A stretch of 64,000 bases of DNA from Eledone cirrhosa. Lineage: Eukaryota. The notes under the pieces are model-generated. The model saw only the letters and a program-made list of their open reading frames with translations, was not told the DNA's origin and ran no database searches. The position numbers were made by a program, and so were the translations under genes. Positions 58,376-64,000 of the stretch are shown here, piece by piece. Every line of letters starts with the position of its first letter. The first letter of the stretch is position 1. The stretch is taken from the NCBI GenBank assembly GCA_964016885.1, contig OZ024759.1, positions 18,600,001 to 18,664,000 of the forward strand, in the 5' to 3' direction.

Positions 58376-58765
58376 TACACAATAATCAAAGCTATGTTCA
58401 AATCATTTTATTGCTGACAATCGTTTCTTCCAAACTATCGTTTGGAATCATCGGAGCAGTAGCAATGTTTGTACATATAATTAGTCAACTCCTAGTCAAC
58501 TGAACAATCATATAGATACATGGATATTAATGTTGCCAACAACATTTTCGTATTTACAAGGTGAAATGGATGCGACATAGATTACAAGAGAATTGTACAA
58601 TAATTAAAATTACAAATTAAAAATTACTTTTGATTATTGTGTAATTTATATTCCGGCTCTATAAAACATCTCATGTATTTACATTGAGCTATTTTTTCTT
58701 ACTGATAATAAGGTGGTAATAAATTACTGACCTTTCCTGTTTATAGTTGTATATAGTGTATACAT
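58371..58765. mobile_element. Fold-back pLTR element with HHR at 58412-58458 (-)
   Basis: Minus strand: TGCT CCGATGA TTCCAAAC-gata-GTTTGGAA GAAAC GATT GTC AGCA ATAAA. taaattacacaataatcaaa is inverted at ~58629-58649, then the tail. Confidence 0.8.
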
Positions 58766-58798
58766 AAATATAGATAATATTATTATTATATATATATA

Positions 58799-59213
58799 TG
58801 GTGGCTGCCAACTCGTTTTCGAGTACGGCCACTACTTGATATCTATGTAGGAGAACCCCTACCGATGCGCTGAACGAGTGTGACTTTTTAGTCCAGCCAG
58901 CGACTTGAAAACTCTGGTACAAAAACTACACTTGTGACAATTATTGACACATAGTGCTGGGCCCATGGTACCATGTGACGACAAGTGCAGAGAGATCTCC
59001 AGATATAAAGCAATGCCTGTGCCGTGAAGCTTTTATAGTGAGCAAAGGCACTGCACAAAGCCAGTCCCACTCTCTTAACCAATGGCCATCCAAAATCACC
59101 GAGAGAGATGACCCCTTAACCTTTGTCAAGGCAGAATTCTAGGAGAAGGAAAACTCTGATATAACACCTGCAACCCTGATGGTATCCAATGATGTTGACT
59201 TGTTCTTCTTTTT

Positions 59214-59219
<6 letters not shown>
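58799..59219 (-). mobile_element. Family C copy 3 with 5' inversion (59080-59219)
   Basis: Segment atttaccaaaaag...gatggccatt is reversed relative to copies 1 and 2. Confidence 0.85.
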
Positions 59220-59253
<34 letters not shown>

Positions 59254-59297
59254 AATACACATATACATCTCTCTCTCTCTGTATATATGTGTGAGTG

Positions 59298-59375
<78 letters not shown>

Positions 59376-59479
59376 TATGTGTGTGTGTGTGTATAAAACG
59401 TAAATAGAAATAACAAACCAAATGACAGTACGTTGAAGAAATATATTAGTTTAAGACTTGAAATAGCAAGAAAAGAGTG

Positions 59480-59511
59480 TTAACGTTTCGGACACTAGGC
59501 CTTCATCAGAG
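59480..59511 (-). ncRNA. Minimal hammerhead ribozyme, homolog of 388-421
   Basis: Minus strand: CTGATGA a GGCC-tagt-GTCC GAAAC GTT. Stem II has a mismatch. Confidence 0.6.
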
Positions 59512-59813
59512 GTTAGAGTTGGCAATAGAAGATAATAGCAAGATATAGAGGGAGAAGAGGAAGGAAAGGGGACAAAAATGAGGAAAAAAGAAAGAGAAAA
59601 AAAACATGTGCGTATTGAGTCAGCCATTGCGCAATATTTTTTATAAATATATATCATCGTCTTCACGTTGACGTTTCTATGATGGCATGGGTTGGCCGGG
59701 ATTTACTGAGGCAATGTTTTTACAGTTTAATGCGCTTCTAACAAAAATCCGTTTAGTGGTTTCTTACTACATATAGGGACAAGGTCTACCTATTTTAAAC
59801 CGGATACACATGG

Positions 59814-59886
<73 letters not shown>

Positions 59887-59891
<5 letters not shown>

Positions 59892-60026
59892 GAAAGTGAA
59901 CAACAGAGATGTTAACACCTCTGTCTGATGACCGATCCAGACGTATATTAATATTGTCTGGAATCCTGAAACCTTTGGTAATGGAGTAGTTATATTTTGT
60001 GTTGTCCACTTTCTAATTACCTAACA
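59887..60026 (+). mobile_element. Mini fold-back element containing HHR at 59919-59986
   Basis: CTCTGT CTGATGA cc GATCCAGAC..GTCTGGAATC ct GAAAC CTTTG GTA ATGGAG. Terminal inverted repeat aattagaaagtgaacaaca / tgttgtccactttctaatt. Confidence 0.68.
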
Positions 60027-60051
60027 TATATATATATATATATATATCTAT

Positions 60052-60172
60052 CTAAGGCGGGTAAAATTCCCGAGATCCATGGACGAGTTCTCTCCAGCGG
60101 TCTCTGTCCCTCATTATCGCTGCCATGTCCTGCATCTCCAACAGACCAGTGTCTGTCCTTAGGGTATCAACA
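60052..60172 (-). mobile_element. RTE 3' tip, homolog of 765-886
   Basis: Direct sequence match in reverse complement. Confidence 0.85.
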
Positions 60173-60230
60173 TATGATATATATATCAATGATATTAATA
60201 AAGGGAAACTATATTTATAAAACCATATTT

Positions 60231-60289
60231 ATTCTCTTATATATATTTCAAGGGTACCAAAACTTTGGTACGCTCTCATCAGATAAAAT
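60231..60289 (-). ncRNA. Type-I hammerhead ribozyme, homolog of 33855-33915
   Basis: Minus strand: ATTTTAT CTGATGA gag GTACCAAA..TTTGGTAC cctt GAAAT ATAT ATA AGAGAAT. Confidence 0.68.
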
Positions 60290-60941
60290 ACAAAGTTTGT
60301 TATATAAATAGTGACATACCCAGGAATCAGACCTTAACGGTTCAAGTTCCGTTTGGATAGTGAAAGGAAAGAGGGAAAAGGGGATGAAAGGAAAAAAAAC
60401 AAATTATTTTGATGAATATGCAAATGAAGTTGAAGCGTAGGGCTGAAAAAAAAATCGTTATTTTTAGACGCTAGGTAGATTAAAATAATTATTAGGATAT
60501 ATATATGTGGGAAGAAAAAAGAGAAGCTTATATTAATAGTATTACAGTGTACGTGAATTTAAAAATTAAAAATTGTTGAAGTGGTGGAAAGTATTTAACT
60601 ATATCATGACTTATAATATTGTATGTATAATCCTTATAATTAGATTTACGAAGAATTATGGTTGTAAAACGATTTTATCTTATTATATTACAACAGGTTG
60701 TAAATATATAAATATAAATATTATTGGTGATTATATGCTGTTATGTTTTATAGATATATAACACACGTATTAATTTGTTTACATTTCTAATATAAATTAC
60801 GAAGGATGTTGAGTTTACATTTTAAATATATAGTTAAGAAAAAAGACGTAGTTCACATTTTAAGAGAAGAACATTTTGTACATTCAAATAGTTTCATAAA
60901 AAATTGAAAATATTTGCTTTTATATATATATATATATATAT

Positions 60942-61447
60942 TGGTAAAAGGAAAAGAAAATGCTGACAAATTGTTCCCAGTGAAAAATAGTTTAATTAGG
61001 AATAAGTAAAAATTAGTCATAGTATTGGTTAGTATTCAGTTTTGGTTTTAAGTTTTACCGGTTGCGCATTTCTAATGCTTTTCAAAAATAATTTTGAGAT
61101 AGAGCGCCCGTGATGTTTGCTCTAATCTGATTAGTTTTGGAAATTCTACCTGTTTTATGTGAAAAAAGTGGCTCCAGATGTATTAAAATAAGTTTCGCGC
61201 CAATTCGTGTTGCAAAAATTCTTGTGGTCAAAACAATTTTGATTGGTCGGAAGAGGTCATGTGAAAGTTAAAAATTGATTTTGCGCCATATTGTGGGTTT
61301 GACTCGGCTGATTGAGAAGTCACTGAAAAATAACTATTTTTCACTGGGAACAGTGAAATAACTATTTTTCACTGGGAACAATTTGTCAGCATTTTCTTTT
61401 CCTTTTACCAATATATCATAACTCGTGTGTTACACCTCTATTCTTTT
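60942..61447. mobile_element. Family E longest copy: long left arm, short inverted arm (~61360-61411), tail
   Basis: tggtaaaaggaaaagaaaatgctgacaaattgttcccagtgaaaaatagtt is inverted at the right end. Same tail as 23202-23240. Confidence 0.82.
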
Positions 61448-61496
61448 ATATATATATATATATTTCTTTATTTGCATATCTCGCTATGTATATAGA

Positions 61497-61755
61497 TATA
61501 TTGTTATACTTGGGGAGGGTCATATTTGTGTAATATTGCCAGAATTAATAACAGAACACACTCACTGTTTGGTTGGTTTTCGCTTTTCGCTTCTGTGTCT
61601 TTTATATCGGTAATCTAATTTATTCGGTCCTCAATGTTGCCATTGACTGACCGTTGGACAATATTACACAAATATGACCCTCCCCAAGTATAACAATATT
61701 TGTTTCGACACACGATTTCAGATAAAAAACCTCGCAAAACTAATTCGTCGCCGTT
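61497..61755. mobile_element. Element with ~42-bp inverted repeats (61498-61538 / 61659-61699) and a one-sided tail
   Basis: atattgttatacttggggagggtcatatttgtgtaatattg is matched by its reverse complement. Confidence 0.7.
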
Positions 61756-61918
61756 ATATAGATATATGTATAGTCATATATGTATAGTCATCATACGATT
61801 GAAACAGTTTTAGTCTTGTAGAAGCCATTTCTATATTAAACAATGATGCTTTCACTCTACCAATGCTTGAATACTCTTTTAAACTGTAATTATTTTTACT
61901 CGGAATATTCTCCCCCCC

Positions 61919-61958
<40 letters not shown>

Positions 61959-61976
61959 ATTTTACTTATATATATG

Positions 61977-62040
<64 letters not shown>

Positions 62041-63165
62041 CGTGTGTGTGTGTGCATGTGTGTGTGTGTGTGTGCGTGCGTGTGTGTGTGTGCATGTGTG
62101 TGTGTGCGTGCGTGCGTATGGCGTCGATACAGATATGTAATATCGGTTAAAATATATGCCTGGCGAGTATTTATGTGCTTGTGTTCGACACTACGACCCA
62201 ATAGGATAAAGATAAAGCTACCGCAAAAGAACATTAGAGCGGTTAATATTCCCTTGCATATATGTAGAAATGATTTGAAAGAGTATATATTTACGCTGGA
62301 TGGCTTGGCTTCGAAGTAACCAACGCCGATATTAGAATATTATTCATGGACGTAGGCGGAGAATTCGTCCTTCATTTACGGTTAAAGGCTGGCTGTATAT
62401 TATCATTTAAACGGTCATCCAGAAGAATTTTAACATTCAGATTTCCAGATCGGTTTATTCGCAATTATTGATAATGGAATCAGTTGCTGTAATATATTTG
62501 TGGGTGTCTATGTATGTATCTGTATATGTATGAATGTATATATGTTTGTATGAATGTATATATGTTTGTATGAATGTATATATGTTTGTATGAATAAATA
62601 TATGTTGCATGTGTCTATGTCTATGCGTATATGTCTATGTCTATTCATCTATACAACCATTTATATGATTCTCTTCTTTTTCTTACAAGCTCTCAGTTCA
62701 GCCCAATCTTTCTACACATGTATATAAATATATATATGATAATAATGGAGCTGCGGCGCTGCAAATGGGTTACATATGAAAAAGTTTGTCCTCATCAGTG
62801 GCCTTCCAACCGTCGTAGGCATTTCGTCGCATTAAAGGCCATATACCTCAGGTTGGTGGGAGCAACGGCTAAAAAAAGTCGTTGGGACACGTAAATAAAG
62901 GGGACGCTAGGGTAAACAGACAAAATGGTTTAAGCAGCAGAAAGTGATGAAGAAGAAACAAGTCCCAGATTTCTATGAATATAAATTCGGTGGAATCGTG
63001 AACGAGAGAATAAAGACCATCAAACCTGGTTGAAATGTGAGCAAGGAAGGAATTTCGCACAGGTCTAACGGGAGGAAGAAGGGGTCTGGTCTGCGAATTC
63101 GGTAAATATAAGTTCTGTGAAGTCGCAGACTATATATATATATGTGTGTGTGTGTGTGTATACGC

Positions 63166-63206
<41 letters not shown>

Positions 63207-63263
63207 TGTATACATATATATATATATATACATATATATATATGTATACATATATATATATCT

Positions 63264-63311
<48 letters not shown>

Positions 63312-63409
63312 GTATACATATATATATATATATACATATATATATATGTATACATATATATATATATATATAAACATATATATATATGAATGTATATATA
63401 TATGTATAC

Positions 63410-63444
<35 letters not shown>

Positions 63445-63477
63445 TGTATACATATATATATGTATACATATATATAC

Positions 63478-63508
<31 letters not shown>

Positions 63509-63809
63509 CATATATATGTATATATGTACACACATATATATATATACATATATATGTATATATATACACACATATATATACATATATATGTATATATATA
63601 CACACACATATATATATACATATATATGTATATATATACACACACATATATATATATACATATATATGTATATATATATACACACACATATATATATATA
63701 CATATATATGTATATATATATACACACACATATATATATATATACATATATATGTATATAGATATACACACACACATATATATATATGCATATATATGTA
63801 TATAGATAT

Positions 63810-63862
<53 letters not shown>

Positions 63863-64000
63863 TATGTATATATATATACACACATATATATATACACATA
63901 TATATGTATATAGATGTATATACACATATATATATACACATATATATATATATATACATATATATACACACACATATATATATATACATATATATATATA

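Noticed and set aside
62780-62802. CTGATGAGGAC on the minus strand as a hammerhead
   Set aside because: No matching GTCC-GAAA half or stem I downstream.

Overview
Eukaryotic, very AT-rich, repeat-saturated DNA with no recognisable host gene. Nearly all ORF-track entries are translations of (TA)n, (CA)n or (GA)n microsatellite. The tRNA-headed SINE and overall repeat landscape resemble a cephalopod (octopod) genome; this is inference only. Between the microsatellites are islands of retroelement sequence: RTE-clade LINE ends, a CR1/L2-like 3' end, an R4/Dong-like remnant, Tx1/L1-like 3' ends in (GATA)n, and SINEs. The main hidden signal is RNA. I read about 30 type-I hammerhead ribozyme (HHR) motifs, intact or decayed, from roughly a dozen unrelated non-coding repeat families. 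Many of these families insert into (TA)n as fold-back elements: inverted arm, arm, one-sided tail. The best candidate system is a 460-bp near-identical tandem array at 19378-22391 with one intact HHR per unit and an inverted 1.2-unit arm. This looks like a young retrozyme copied from a circular RNA. There is also a 96-bp satellite (~45 copies) and a 91-bp minisatellite. All RNA structures were read by eye; no folding program or database search was run.
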